A stretch of DNA of 52,558 nt, filler included, from Sphacelaria rigidula (GCA_964200075.2; 4 parts of 4 records of this genome joined end to end with filler, not necessarily neighbours in it), one strand, 5' to 3'; numbered from the whole stretch's first letter, positions 1 to 13,066 are shown. Notes: generated by a model not told the origin, from the letters alone. A program made the numbers and translations.

Positions 1-82
1 TGCTCCGTCTCGAAAGGGATGCGTGGTCGATGGTCAAACGACTAAGGCAAGCAACAAATGAGTACGCCCCCCCCTATCGTAG
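1..82 (+). mobile_element. End of a multi-copy element terminating in CCCCCCCCTATCGTAG
   Basis: Near-identical to 26340-26417 and to the reverse complement of 39314-39395; all three lie at contig ends. Confidence 0.75.
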
Positions 83-562
83 TATGGCTGAGTACATGTG
101 CACGGGGTCGTCAACATCTATCGGCTCCAGGTACACTCCGAGAGAGTACATGAGGGAGCATTCACGGCTGCCCGCTCCCTGGAAGCCCTTCGGCACGACA
201 AAATCGTCGACGGCCTTGACGACTTCCGGTGGCAGCTCATACTATTTCCTTTGCATGTCGATAACGGCCTGGGGTTTGATTACCACAACAAAACCACCAT
301 TAACGTCGAATACGTGCGTCTTGCTACTTGTTCCCCTGGTGGCGCAAAATAACCGCCCCCGCTCGAGCCACCACTCGAGTCTGGGGGTGATCCATCTCGA
401 CGGTCTGCAGTGCTGCTCATGTTTCGTGTTTCCACCCAGCAGTACCTCGTATGGCGTCAGATTTCAAGCTAAAGAAATTACCAACGTTGAATTTTTGTTG
501 GTGCGCAGTGTTGGATGCAGGAGTAGAGTGGGTTGATCGATGGGAGGTACAGGTTCAGGTCA

Positions 563-1175
563 TAAGGTCGTGTTTGGATTGAACCTGTGTCCACACCTCC
601 CCAAGGTATATACCTGCGCCCGTACCTGCGATCGGGTACATCTACAACCGTATACCCTAACCCCGGGTAGGGGTATGAGAGGCTTACCGAGCTCACAGAA
701 CTGTCGGGTATCGATACTGGATGAAAATCTTACAGAAATTACAGAACTTGTCGGGTACGTATGGGAGGCCTACAGAAAAAACCGTACCAGCAACCGGGTA
801 TATCTTCAAGCGAATGCCCGCGCTCCGGGTACGGGTAAAAATTCTGTACAGAACTAACATAACTGTCGAGTAAGGGTATGGGAGGCTGACAGAACTCACA
901 GAAACTGTCGGGTAGGGTAGGTAGGTTGAACAGGAAACCGTACCCGCAACCGGGTACCTTATCAAGAGCGTACTCGTGCCCCCCGGTAACGGTACGGGAG
1001 GCTTACAGAACTCACAGAACAATCGGGTAAGGGTATGAAAGTCTTACAGAGATGACAGAACCGTCGGGTACCGGTATGAAAGTCTTACAGAAGTCACCGC
1101 CCTGTCGTGTTTGGTAAATACCTGGGAAAATGCCCCGGGTATACATGGAACCGTACCCTACAGAACACAACCTTG
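563..1175. mobile_element. Degenerate non-autonomous DNA transposon (hAT-like) with internal ACAGAA(CTCACAGAA)/GTCGGGTA repeats
   Basis: Imperfect TIR TAAGGTCGTGTTTGG vs revcomp CAAGGTTGTGTTCTG (11/15); many internal sub-repeats; no TSD found. Confidence 0.5.
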
Positions 1176-2259
1176 GAAATATCTACCCTACTCGGCTAAC
1201 CCTAACCCCGACCACATACGAGTAGCGTGGTGACACAAGAGTGAGGCCTTTCCACCATTCACATGTACGAGGTTTGGGCTTAGCCATAGCTTTCGGCTGT
1301 TAGCCGCTATACTACCGGTGGCCTGCCGGAGGCTTGATAATGTTGTGGAGGGTGGCAATATTGCACACGCTCGACAATTCTACTCACCTTACCTCGAGTT
1401 ATCTCATTTTGGTATAAGTCAGACCAGGTCTTATCGAGACAAAAAATGGAGCGGGAAAAGGAACCAAGGAACATGAAGCGCACTCAGTGGTCGCCGCGAT
1501 ACCCCCGCCGCCTCCCTTGGGAGAAAGAAGTGGCGGCACTTTTTTCATTGGCCACTTCTTATGGCTAGCAAAAATACAAAACTGGAAAGCTGCCCTTCGT
1601 GGAGCGTCTGCGTCTTTTTACGCCCTCAAAGTGAACTAGGCTGGTTTTCACAAATTGGATTGCCTCGCTGTACTCGTTGAGACGGTTCCAGCACACCGGT
1701 GCGTTTTCCCGGCGGCTGCAGCTCTTTCTTGGCCAGACTCGCATTTTTCTCGAAGACAGGTCATTTATCGGGAAACTAGTCATGTCCGAGTTTCCTCCGA
1801 GTCAAAAACGTCGCACTCAGTTCATCAGCATCTACGGTTCAGGCTACTTGTTGTCGATCCTGGGACAGTGAGATTAGAAGTTCATATGACAGGTGTGTAC
1901 CACAGCAAGGGTCATTGCGCCTCTGGTTCATGTTGCCCTTCATGGCAAACAATCCAAAAACGTTTTGGCGACTAGGATGGAAAACCTATAAATAAAGTAC
2001 TTTTTAAAAAGCGCCGCTGCAAAAAAAAAAGCACCGCCGTATCGGAAGTCGATTCTTAGCCGTTGTTTTATCGAGTCCAAACAAAGAAGCGTGAAAGGGA
2101 ACAGGCGTTCAAAAACATGTTGACTAGTCGCCGCAACCATGGACCCGCCGGACGGTCAATGTACCCGCTGCTTTGGACACTTGTTCCTCTTCGTGCTTGT
2201 TTTTTTGTCTCGTATAAGACACGGCACAAGGGTCTGGCTCGTGTCAATTTTAGTTGAAA

Positions 2260-3602
2260 AACACACCAACTGAGTCTTGTCGGAAACGTTCTCTCTACGC
2301 GTCGTCGAAGTATGTGCGGCATTCGGTCTCGTTGTCCCTAAAAAGACGACGGTCACCATGCACACGCGCTCCCCGAACATGGAGACGGATACGATCGAGG
2401 TGGGGGCAGCAGATCGAAGATACAAGTGAGTTGAGTCGTCCCTTTACCTGTGGGGAAAATCAGCAGCATCGATGGTGTCACTCCCGAGATCCACAGCCGC
2501 ATTGGCCAGGCCTGGACGTGCTTCTACAAGTACGGCAGAGCGGTATACGACAACCCGTACATCGCCCTCGCCACCAAGGTTCGTCCCCTGAAGACTGAAG
2601 TGATCGAAGTAATGCTGTACGGCTGGGTGACCTGGACGATCGCACACGACAATTTCGGCGCGTTACGGGAGGCCCATCGAAGATTCTCGCTGAGATGCCT
2701 CAATAAGCATACCTCGAGCCGCATCGCCCCTGACTACCGTAACCTGCCATGCCACGAGGTCCTCGAACGAACTAGCTGCAGGTGCATTGAGGCCACAGTG
2801 ATTGAGCGAGACCTCCTATACGCCGGTCGCGTTGTGCGCATGCACAATGAATGCCTCCCCAACATCGTCATGCGTGGAGTCTTGGTTGGGGGAAAGACAA
2901 GGGCAGCCCGACCAGCTAGGGGCCTACAACACTGTATCACGGACTCCTGCTCGTACTTCGGAACAAATGCGACATCGTGGACGCAGGTTGCCCAAGATGT
3001 GTCCGAATGGTCCCGAGTTGTAGAGGAGGGAGCTAGTATGTACATGGCAGCCTGGACGAAAGCACGCCACACTAAGGAAATGTTTGCTGTGCCACCACCA
3101 GAGCTCCTTCATTGCCTACCGAGAACCTCCAAGAAGTAACCAGTAGTCCATGGGGTAGTACACTCACTAGTACATCTGCGGTCTCTCCGAACAGCTGTGG
3201 CGGTGGTCTATGAGGGTGCCTGTTTTTTGTGTTTTTTTAGTTGCCCCCCGCCCGGTGCCCTTGAGAAGCCCTTTGTGTCATCTGTCTTTCCTTTCTTGTC
3301 TTGTCTCTTCTTCCCCTTTTCTGTCGAGGTGCTTCTCTCAGCGGATTCTTTTTTTTTTTCACCCCGTTGAACCCGGGGGAGCTACTTCGCATGTTTTTCT
3401 TGGCGTCTCTCCTCCGATCTTCATGTCGGTAATATTTTTGTTGATTGCCTTTGTTCTCGCAATTAGGCTGTAGCCTTGAAAAAAATGATGGAGGACTCCA
3501 TGTCTTGTGAGGAATAGTAGGGACGGTATTGGAAAGACGAGGGTACGTCTGTGACCACGGGTTTGAGAGATCGGACTAATGGGCGGAAATTAAAGAAAAA
3601 AA
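2260..3602 (+). mobile_element. 5'-truncated RTE-type LINE (RT C-terminal part, 3' UTR, A-rich end), degenerate
   Basis: ORF 2450-3139 reads EIHSRIGQAWTCF, VMLYGWVTWT, YAGRVVRMHNECLPNIVMRGVL and SWTQVAQDVSEWSRVVEEG, typical of the RTE RT C-terminus; frameshifted upstream part; homologous to 21043-22370(-); ends in AAATTAAAGAAAAAAA. Confidence 0.85.
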
Positions 3603-4081
3603 CGCGTGGCTGACACCCATCTCAGGAGCATGCTTACATATTGCAAAAAAAATAGTAGTGAGGGAACCCTTCAATTTTGTAGACAAAGCGAGGAAGCGTG
3701 CTTATGGAAGATCGCCTCTGTTGGGAGACGTTTTGCGCGGGTTGATGTCGTAAAGTTGACCGTGGAAGCCAGAGTCAACAGTAGGAGTCCAATACGATAC
3801 GGAGTACTTCCAACGAATAAAATATGGGAATACCTGTAGCTGCATCGTAGTTCACTACCTGTGTAACTGCCCTCCACCCACCCTCTCCCCGTCGGCGAAG
3901 CCGAAGCTCGTCACAATCTGCGGCACACTCGAAGTCACATCCAACTGTCTTATCTAATTTCTGTGGAATTAATGCAGGGTAAATGCTGCGGTGATGTTCC
4001 GGTTGATGCAGGTTCCACGTAGAGCCGAATACTGGCAGCGCTGGACGGCTGGTTGATACATCTCCGCTACTGAATGAAGAA

Positions 4082-4219
4082 ATGGGGTGGAGTCTCCCTA
4101 TTTTGCTTCTGTTGCTTCCAGCATCTGTATGGGGGATATTTGACTTCGTCCCGAGGAGCTACGATGGCACCGGAAACAATCTCAACTTCACGCTCTGGGG
4201 ATCGGCGAACGTGACGCAG
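4082..4219 (+). CDS. Heme peroxidase (peroxidase-cyclooxygenase superfamily) exon 1
   Basis: ATG 4082, hydrophobic signal peptide MGWSLPILLLLLPASVWG, then the family N-terminal motif RSYDGTGNNL-x4-WGSA; donor CAG|GTGCAT, phase 0. Confidence 0.9.
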
Positions 4220-6388
4220 GTGCATTTTTCGTATATCATTTTTGGGTGTTCAGAATTCGCAGTCTAGGAGCCCTCTGAGTAGAGCACAATTTACGGTGTA
4301 CAATCCGCCCTCGACGGCCGCCCCACGTAGAATGTTCGTGTCGAAGAGACCAAACCCGACCAGCAAGCAGACGGCACACCCGCACGCACGGAGCAGAGTT
4401 TTATGACCTACAGACTGGTCTCTGTGGTATATCAGTGGTGATTGCAATTCGCAGTCTCGTCAGTGGACTGTGCCGATAGTGTGGAGCTTAAAGCTCGACC
4501 TCGCAGCTGCGGAGGTTTATCCAGAGTCAGGACTCTTGATTGGTTCGATTGATTGACCTTGATTGCCGCACACCAACGTATCCGCTACGAATCCAATCGT
4601 AGTCACAGCATAAACGTAAAGTATCGGGAGCACTTGCCGAGGAAACTCGAGAGGTGCCTACACCAAGAGGGACTGACTGGATCAGAGCCAAGGACGTATT
4701 GAGGCAGTGCTAGGGCGGGCTGTCGTATCGCTGATGCGCAAGGCGCGGGGGAGTTGGTCAACAGCGGTGTTGCCCCGATAGCGTGCCAGAAACGCGGCGC
4801 AATTTCTGCGTGTGCGGGTGCTGGATAGGCCATATACTACAGCCACATTTTTTCCAGTGAGAAATCCGCCGAGTTCTTTCGGCGATGAGTAATCCACTAG
4901 TTCTCTACGGTTGAGGATGTTCCCGAGGCTGGATCTTCCTGGAGGGTCTCCGAGGCGACGCGTATGTTTTCGGTTATTATTTTGGAAAGGATTGGCCGTG
5001 ACGTGGCTGGGTGGTATGCTATTGGAGTCGACCCGCACCGGGTACGGAGTAGGGCTTGTACAGGGTACGGAGCAAGTGACTCCCCGGGGCTTGACGGTGG
5101 TTCTTGTTGTGTTGAACTCTTTCTACCGTCTAGACCTGTTACTTAAAGTCCCGGAATCTTGGCTGTACATATATGAGAGTTTCGGGCTTCTCAAACAAGT
5201 CACTGATGGACCTACTTCTGTAACTACCCCATATCCGGCTTACATGGCATCCGGATACTCACTCCACACATACAAGCAGAGTGGCCCCTACATATGAGGA
5301 TTATATTCGTGAAGTTCACGAGGTGAACGCGCGTGGGACAGACTGGAAAGTTCTTGAGCTTCCACCGGTTCCTGATCTCATGCCCATATATGTTGGGCGA
5401 TGTCTGCCTGCCGCGTTCTTGAATCATGCTTGCGATGTTGGGCACGAGCAATTTCTATTCGCGTTGCTCGAGCGGGTGTGGTGCAGGACGCTGGGACTAC
5501 AGATAGCGGTGGTCGGATTGTTGGGTCGTCCCCGGAAGCGCCCACCGCGCCCGCGTCTGAAGCGACGACGCGGGACTGCTGCTGGTACTGCTGTTGGAGA
5601 GGGCGAACGTGTCACGTAGCCCTTGTCAGTCCAAGGGGACAGGCACGAGAGAGCTGGAGGCAGGACAGCTTCCGCTGTTGCCATCAAGGAGCAAGCCGTC
5701 AGGAGGTGGCGACTGAACTGAGTAGGGTTGATGCTGTTGCTGCTGCCCGGCTTGTTGAAAGGGCGAAACAAACATGGACCGAAGAGCAATCGCTGAGAGA
5801 CGACCGTCCCATTTGCTTGTTGCCCGACCAGCGTGTAGCTGAGGACACGCCCTGCATGCGCGGAGCTGTAGAGGGATGTCATCTGCGTGATACTAACAAG
5901 TAGAGCGAACTTGGTCTTTGCAGTGCTCATGGCGAATCTATCTACTCAAGTGCTACGACGGGATATCGTTCAGATGATTCGCAGGGATATCTGCCTGAAG
6001 GAGAGGTGGATGCCAAGTTGGCGGATGTGGTTTAGCTGGACAGAGTTTCGGTCAATGACCAGCGCGTAGCTGGGGGCGCACACTGCGTGCTCGCAGCAGA
6101 AGCGTACTGTGATCCGCGTGAACCAGGCAGGCAGAGCGAGCTTCAGGCTTGTCGTGCTATACAGGGCTACGATAACAACGGCCGCATGCGTTGCTGTTTG
6201 TATGGATAACTTTGGCGTGTTTGGCGGCGATGATGAAGGTGCCAGTACAGACAGTTGCGCTGTGAGGTGTTTGCGGCAGATGGTGTAACGCCGTTGGATC
6301 GTGTTTCTGTACGTGTGTGGCTATTCCCCTTTCGCCTCTCGTTGCCTTTGAAAAACTGTCTCAAAATGGGGTGTTCGGTAATGCGCAA

Positions 6389-6780
6389 CACACGCGGCCA
6401 TTCGGCTACCCCCGAAAATACTCTGTTCCGGTCACCTTTTCGAGCCTCCAGAGGAATTCAACGCCGCCAGAGGGTGCGCGGCCCTCCAGAGGGATGGGGG
6501 CAAATGCCTCCAGAGGCTTGTTTTGCCTCTGGAGGGCCGCGCATCCCTCCGGAGGAATTTGGAGGATGCGCGGCCCTCCAGAGCACCATCGTTTTTGTTA
6601 CTCTTGAGGGATTCAGACCCCAGAAGTCACTGGAGCGTCACTGGAGCATCACATGCCCTCCAGAGGATTCGTTCATGACCGGACCTGGGGATGAAATACC
6701 CTCTAGGGGATATTTTACCATCGAGAAGATGAAAATAGCGATGGAGGATTTTTATGGGGGTAGACAAATGGCCGCGTGTG
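6389..6780. mobile_element. CMC/EnSpm(CACTA)-like MITE, 392 bp
   Basis: TIRs CACACGCGGCCATTCGGCTACCCCC / CACACGCGGCCATTTGTCTACCCCC (23/25); 2-bp flanking duplication AA; about 8 internal CCTCCAGAGG-like motifs in both orientations. Confidence 0.8.
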
Positions 6781-8589
6781 AAGTATCTGTGAGGGCAGAT
6801 ATCTTTTCGCTTTGGTTTGGTGGTGCGAGCATACCGCTTGGGGGCGGTTCTATGGGGGTGCGAGCTGTTGTTACTGTATTTCTGATGCGAGAACCGAGTG
6901 TTCGAGTGGAGACGCTGCTCTATGGTGTGTTTGTGGTTCGAGTGCTGTTGTTCTCAGTAGCGGGTTGGAGGACTACCACGAAGGCATTACCTGACGTGCT
7001 TGCTGATGTGGTGAGCGCGGGGTTTGGTGATATTCTTGTGGAGCAAGTGCTGGTGTGATTGAGTGCTCGTGAAGAATGAAGAAACACATGATGATCGGTA
7101 GTACAAACCAATTTTGAGGATCATTTCAACGTGTTGTGTGGTTTGGGGTCACGTTTCCGATAAGCATGGCAGCTGACCAAGTTTGATCGTATTTCGTATG
7201 CTGGGTGACATGGTGATGTATGCGTAGATGTTCACAATCTGTGTACTATGCTGCTGTGGTTAGCATGAATGATGTACGGTGGTTTTTCGAGGAACGTCGC
7301 CTTGCATGTGCTGGGTGAAATGCTGGAAAGCACATGTGGACTTTTCGCCACATTATGTTACTGATATGCATGGTGTCTGGCGAAGCGTCAGGGTGCGGTA
7401 GTTTATGGTGTAATGCTGTATGCGGGATGAGGTGAAGCTAGTAAGTGCCTGTTCGCGCAGAAACGCGGCGGAATTATCTTTACACGCTTCGCGCGTGGTG
7501 ATTGTAGGAGATGCTAACTACTGCTGTTGGGGTGAAAGAGAACTACGAAATGAGCAGACTCGTACGTGAACATGTGTAGCGCACATATTTTTGGTTTTGA
7601 AGATGCAGAAATGGTGCGCGCATGCGCCAGCAATCTGTGTCCATGGCACGTTTATTTGATGGAATATTACGAGTATGAACGAGCACGTGGATGGTGTTCG
7701 CTTCTGTGGGGAACGATCACGTGAGTAGTGTGTCTGCTTGCTCGAAAGGAGCGGTGCACGGGAGCTGCGAGTCTTATGAAACGCGAACCGCGTTTTACAT
7801 CGCGGCTGCTAAACGGATGGGAGATAACAGTGCTGAATCTGAGCGGGATACTATATCCTTATGTTTTCCGGGGTGTACTCGGTAAATTATCGATTTGATT
7901 TTGATTGATTGTCGCACTTTAACTGACCCCCCAGAGGTCGAGCCGCGGTCTCATGATAGACGTAAATCGAGGTCGAGAAAATGATTTTACTACGGGTAAT
8001 CATTGATTGCGGGGATCGCGGTCCGTTTGCCATTGTTAGGTTTTTATGCACGGCTTGAACAGCGGTTTGAATCATAGGTTTCTTTCATTCCTTTATGGGT
8101 TAACTGACGAGGTGGGCTCTGGAGCGTTCACGTTGGAGGAGTGTGCGATCTATGCGCTTTCATGGGGTTCAAGCGAGAGGCCAGCTTCGTTTTAGACGTG
8201 TTGATTCCTTCTTTCACTCTCGTTCCAGGATGAATCAACCTTTGGCAGTTCCATTCCGTCGCGCAGGTGATGAGCGTACGAAAGTGCACTTTGAATGTTG
8301 GAAGGAAATTTGTTTCGAATGGGGGAGACGAACAGTCACGAATGCTTTGCAATTCGACGTTCATCAACGTTCGTTAACGTTCAAGGCTTTCTGTGCCGGT
8401 TTGGAGTCGAGATACATGTTTTTGGCGAGGATTTGGCAGTTTGACGTCAGCTATCATCCCGTGACTCTCTGAGGGGTGCAAGTGGCGTGATTGCATGTTC
8501 ATGATGAACGTTTTGGATACCTTGCAAGTTGCTCGGAAATTGGACAACTTGTATGGTTCTGTTATTGTACGCAGCGTCAGCGATTGCAC

Positions 8590-8960
8590 TTATTTATTTC
8601 TTTATTATTCATTTTTTATTGTTCATTTTTTATTATTATTTCTTAATTTATTCATTCATTTTATGTGTCGCACTTTGAACCCCTCCCCTTCCTCGGGGCG
8701 AGTTCGTGGTCTCAAGGGATCAGCCCATCTCTCCCCGGAACATGCCTTGCATTTTGGTCGCGCGGCTTGGGTCATGACTATCACCACTCCCGCACTGCGT
8801 CAACTCTCAAGGTCGGTCAACTACTCTTCCTCTACTCAGGTATTCACGCTTTCCATGGTGGGAATCAGATACTTCGAAGAAAACAACCAACGCATCAGGA
8901 ATCGAACCCACGATATCTCCACCCTAATGGTGACGGTCAGGCCATTACACCACCGGGGCG
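8590..8960 (-). mobile_element. tRNA-derived SINE
   Basis: Minus-strand head with Pol III box A TGGTGTAATGG and box B GGTTCGATTCC; A-rich tail at 8590-8665; homologous copies at 51101-51387 and 46084-46260. Confidence 0.8.
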
Positions 8961-10190
8961 CGTGTACGCAGAGAAGGACGGCGGGACAGGCAACAATGAC
9001 CTCTGAGTTGGCCAAGCTCTATTTTGACCGCTCATTGGTAGTAAGCGAGCTTTGGGAGTGTTGTACTCTCTGACCACCATTGTTCCCCAGGTTTGGCACA
9101 TGAACGAAGTCGGGTAATGTGTGGTAAGAACGTTCACGACTGGTTGAAGGATCGCGGGTCCGCGTGTCTGATCTGTGGACCCGGTGAATGTTTTACCTCA
9201 ATGATATGTGAGGTTGGTCCTCATTCCCCGGCGGAAAAGGAGCTGGGATGCTGCTGGCTAGTGTAATGAACAACTAGGGTTACTATATGAGTAACTAAAG
9301 TTGCGGAAGTCTACGTGCCGATCATGGGGGAAGTTCACAAGTGTCAGAACTCTATGGGGCGCAGCAGTCGAGGAAGTCGTGGCGATTCGAAGACCTACGC
9401 GATTCCGATCCACGTATCAACGACAGTGGTACCTTCAGAGCCGCGAATAGGAGAGCCGCCACCGCTACCGCTGGATTAACAACAGTAGCAAACTTGAAGA
9501 GGAAGCCAAGATGGAAATGATCAAGAGTGTCGCGCTTTGCTCGCAATAAGGGACGAAGGGGAGTAGCAAGGAATATTATAGCCCTATCTTATCCCATCGG
9601 TTGTTGACTTCTTCCGACGGCTTGCAACCCTAACGATGTTCCATGGTTGTGTTACCGTTCCTGTTCGTGTTCGTGTTCCTGTTTTGTTTTGTTTCTGAGT
9701 TTCTTCGCTCTATTTGTTCCTCTACTCCTGTCATTCCCACCATGTTCGTGTTGTTCTTGTTCTTCTTTTCAATCTTGTCTTGCTTTGTTGCTTTGTATGG
9801 TCATGTCCTCCCAAGCTGCTGAATGCTTGAGCTGTTTGGTGTGGATTGCAATCATGACGGATATTGGGATGCGTATCCCTCATCCCAGTGAACAAATTTC
9901 CTTTGTTCCCGTGACAAAACCAGCCTGCGATAGATACGGATGGCTTGTTCCACCCCTCCTAAGCCATCCTATCTTGGTACCGCAGGTACTGCAGTGGCGC
10001 TGTGATCGAAATTATCAACGTCATCGCAAATGTAGAATGCCTACTATCAAACGATAGACCTTCGTCATGGCGATCAGTATTTGGGTGAGCATCGCACTTG
10101 TGAAAGAAGTGAAAGCTACCACCACATTGGTACTACCGTATCCACGACGATTGATGGTTACCTGTCCTTTTTTGCGGCAAACTTGACCAG

Positions 10191-10264
10191 ATCCGGTCCA
10201 TGGTGGACGCTGACTATGCGGATGGCGTTTCGATAACGCCGGGTGGCGACCGACCCTCCGCAAG
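10191..10264 (+). CDS. Heme peroxidase exon 2
   Basis: CCAG|ATC...GCAAG|GTGACT; encodes IRSMVDADYADGVSITPGGDRPSAR (the YADG...P.AR motif); phase 0 to 2 bridges exons 1 and 3. Not in the ORF track. Confidence 0.88.
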
Positions 10265-10606
10265 GTGACTTGTACATCTACTCAACCGAGATTCGGTGTT
10301 CGGTGGGTTGTGTCAGAGTGGTGTTTGTCGCACAGCACTACAGTACAGCACTACGGTACATATGTGCTTTGATGCTGGACTTTGCGTTTGATCCGGCTCG
10401 CCTCAGCTCGCTTTGGTTCGTCTGTACAGGTGAATCCGATTCGGCAGTGTTCGTTGTGGACCGTCCGCAACATTTCGTTCGGTTCTTGTTCCCGTGTGGT
10501 TCTAAAGTCGGATGCATCCGACACCTATAATCATCCGCTGCGTGGTTCGCATCCGATTTTGAACGTCAACGCAAAACGTGCTGTACATCAAATCACCAAA
10601 ACTCAG

Positions 10607-10788
10607 GGCCGTGACAACGGACGTGTTTCGATCCTCCACAGCAGTGGGCACGGAGCAGAGTGTGCTTTTTGCGTCGTGGGGGCTATTAATGGCGATGGAC
10701 ATGGTGTACAACATCGACAACAGGACTGAGCCGTTCGATATATCATGCGATAATGGAAGAGGCTTCGACGACGTTTGGTGTCCGCTAG
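10607..10788 (+). CDS. Heme peroxidase exon 3 (distal heme-pocket segment)
   Basis: CTCAG|G, phase 2; AVTTDVF...LFASWGLLMAMDMVYNIDNRTEPFDISCDNGRGFDDVWCPL; donor G|GTATAG, phase 1. Confidence 0.88.
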
Positions 10789-11068
10789 GTATAGCCGCGT
10801 GACATCTGACAGCGATACACGAGCCGGGGGAGTACATTCCAGGATCAGTCAGCCGTTGAGGAGCGCACAGGTTACGGACGTTTAACCCCAAATGCTACTG
10901 ATTGCGAAGGGTATGCGGATCTATGCATCTCCACAATTAGTATGCCAACACCCACCCCCCGTGGTCACCAGCGCCGCCGTTATCGGGCGAATCGCGGTTG
11001 AAAATCGGCTGAATCTCCAGTGAATGTATTCACAGGAACTTGTCTGCGATGTCTCATTTCGTCTGCAG

Positions 11069-11304
11069 GAGAAACCTCGGCGGATATCCTCTTTTTTCGA
11101 TCGGAAGCTTTGGTCGGGAGCAGAGACGGTACTAATGCCTCGCTAGTTCGAAACCCCATTAACTACGCGACCGCGTACCTAGACATGGACTTTTTATACG
11201 GAAGGACGGAGGACCAAGCCCTGTCGTTGCGAACGCTGGATGGAGGGAAAATGAACATTTCCGAGTCGGGACGGCCTCATCTAAACGTAGATGGCACCTG
11301 GAAG
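11069..11304 (+). CDS. Heme peroxidase exon 4
   Basis: TGCAG|GA, phase 1; ILFFRS...RNPINYATAYLDMDFLYGR...SLRTLDGGKM matches the family N..TSF.D.S..YG...LR motif; donor AAG|GTGCGT. Confidence 0.92.
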
Positions 11305-11495
11305 GTGCGTAACGTGTCTTCCGTTCTCGTATCGACACGGGAGGGAAGGGGGGCGTTGATAGCGTAGCAGTTTTCACGGAATAGTGCTCTTGACATGCGG
11401 TGTTATCCGACACAACAACGCTAGGTATTCATACTTATATGCATCATGCAGTGTTCATGCTTGGGTGTTCGCGTGTGTTGTACACCTGACACTTT

Positions 11496-11734
11496 CTACG
11501 ATAGCCCCCTCCCATAACCAGCCCCAAAATGTCGCGAAAAAAATGGTCATAAAGCGCCTGATGTTTGGGTTCAGGCTGCATGAAGCGCCTCACATGGGCG
11601 ACATTGACGAGAACGAACCCAAGCGTTTACATTACCACAGCTGTTCGGTGTGATAGGCGTTGTCCATTTCGATCTTCGTGAAGAATTTGCCTCCCCAAAC
11701 CAGGCACTTTGGGGGGGGGGGGGGGCTATCGTAG
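11496..11734. mobile_element. MITE with CTACGATAGCCCCC terminal inverted repeats
   Basis: CTACGATAGCCCCCTCCC ... GGGGGGGGGCTATCGTAG; lies in peroxidase intron 4; no direct TSD. Confidence 0.7.
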
Positions 11735-12057
11735 AAGGTGTCTGTCCTGTCCTACGGCGTCATCAACCACATATCGTCGGAAGGGAGAGAGATCGGGTCG
11801 AAAGGAAAGGCGCTTCACGATGAAAAGGGATGGAGTCGACTTTAGAAGTGCGCAAAGATGTGCCACCGCAATGTGTGCGCGGTTATTGTCATGGTGTTGT
11901 TCAATTCTACTGTTCTTCACGCCCCCGAGCGCCGCCAAATCATACCTACTTGACACCGGAATATATCACGCCTCTTCCTCATTTATACCCTCGACCCTCG
12001 TTTCCACGCGATCGCGAACAATTCGCGCATTTCTTCTTGCTTTGCATGCTTTCTCAG

Positions 12058-12177
12058 ATGGCCGATCAGCGCCCTGCGAAGTACCCGGTAACTTTCGCCC
12101 TCCACTCCTTATTGCTGCTGGAGCACAACCGGTGTTGCGTGGAGGTAGCTCCAAATCTAGGCTTCACAGGGGATGAG
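12058..12177 (+). CDS. Heme peroxidase exon 5 (no further exon found before the contig end)
   Basis: TCTCAG|ATG; MADQRPAKYPVTFALHSLLLLEHNRCCVEVAPNLGFTGDE matches the D.R and H....REHNR motifs; donor GAG|GTACGT. Confidence 0.92.
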
Positions 12178-13066
12178 GTACGTTGCCGGTGGCTGCGAAA
12201 GGCAAACATTATGCTCAAGAGGTTGCTCCGGGTTGATTATCATGTTCCTTGGGGTCAGGTACGGTGTTTTGTGCTTGGGCCGACCGCTGCCGAGATAGCC
12301 CCCCCCCCGAACCGGCCAAAAACGTGCACGGAGGCGATGGTCATAAATCCCGCTTGAGTTGGTTCCGTGCTGCACGACGCAACTCATTTGGGCGTTATAG
12401 CTGAAATCGGACTGCTACACGCCTCTCATGTGGGAGAAATTGCTGCAAACGAGCGCAAAAGTGGAATCGCAGCCGGTTTGTCGGACGGTATGCGGTGCAC
12501 TTTTTGTGGGGGTGCTATCTCGGCACTAGTCGGCCGAAGGTGGGCGGGGGTGAACATAGGGCAGATCCTTTGCGGAGAAGATGCGAAGATATTGATGTCT
12601 AAATATTACACATCCTGAGGGACGAATGGCGGAGAACCGGCCGCTGCTTCGGTGTCGGGGGGAGTAGTTTGTGCCGTTCTTCTTTCATTGAAGAGCGAAC
12701 ACGAGGGGAGGTTTGCACAAAAAAGTTGATAAAGCACGACCAGGGCCCTAGTTATTCTTCGATGCGCACTAGCAGTGGTGCCGAATGGTTGGTGCTAAAA
12801 CGACTCTGGACCATGCCTACCCGCATGGCTTAAGACAATCTGTGCAACATCTATACAGGCTGGGCCGCCCAAGAAGCTCGCTTTCCTTCAGCCCGTTCTA
12901 ACTGACGATGTATCGCGAGTTTTGCCCCCTATGACACATCGTGGTAATCGGCAAATCAGCGTGCGTCTTCAATCCATGTAGCACTGCGATCCGACGAGAT
13001 CTCATCAAACGAAATACCAAACTGTAATCAAGTGCGAAAGTGTAGAGTTGACGGTACTATGTGCGG

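Noticed and set aside
6255..7058. 267-aa ORF
   Set aside because: It runs straight through a MITE with clear TIRs and TSD (6389-6780); chance open frame in an intron.
8890..8960. tRNA gene
   Set aside because: Has A and B boxes but no convincing cloverleaf, and is fused to a repeated body and A-rich tail; it is a SINE head.
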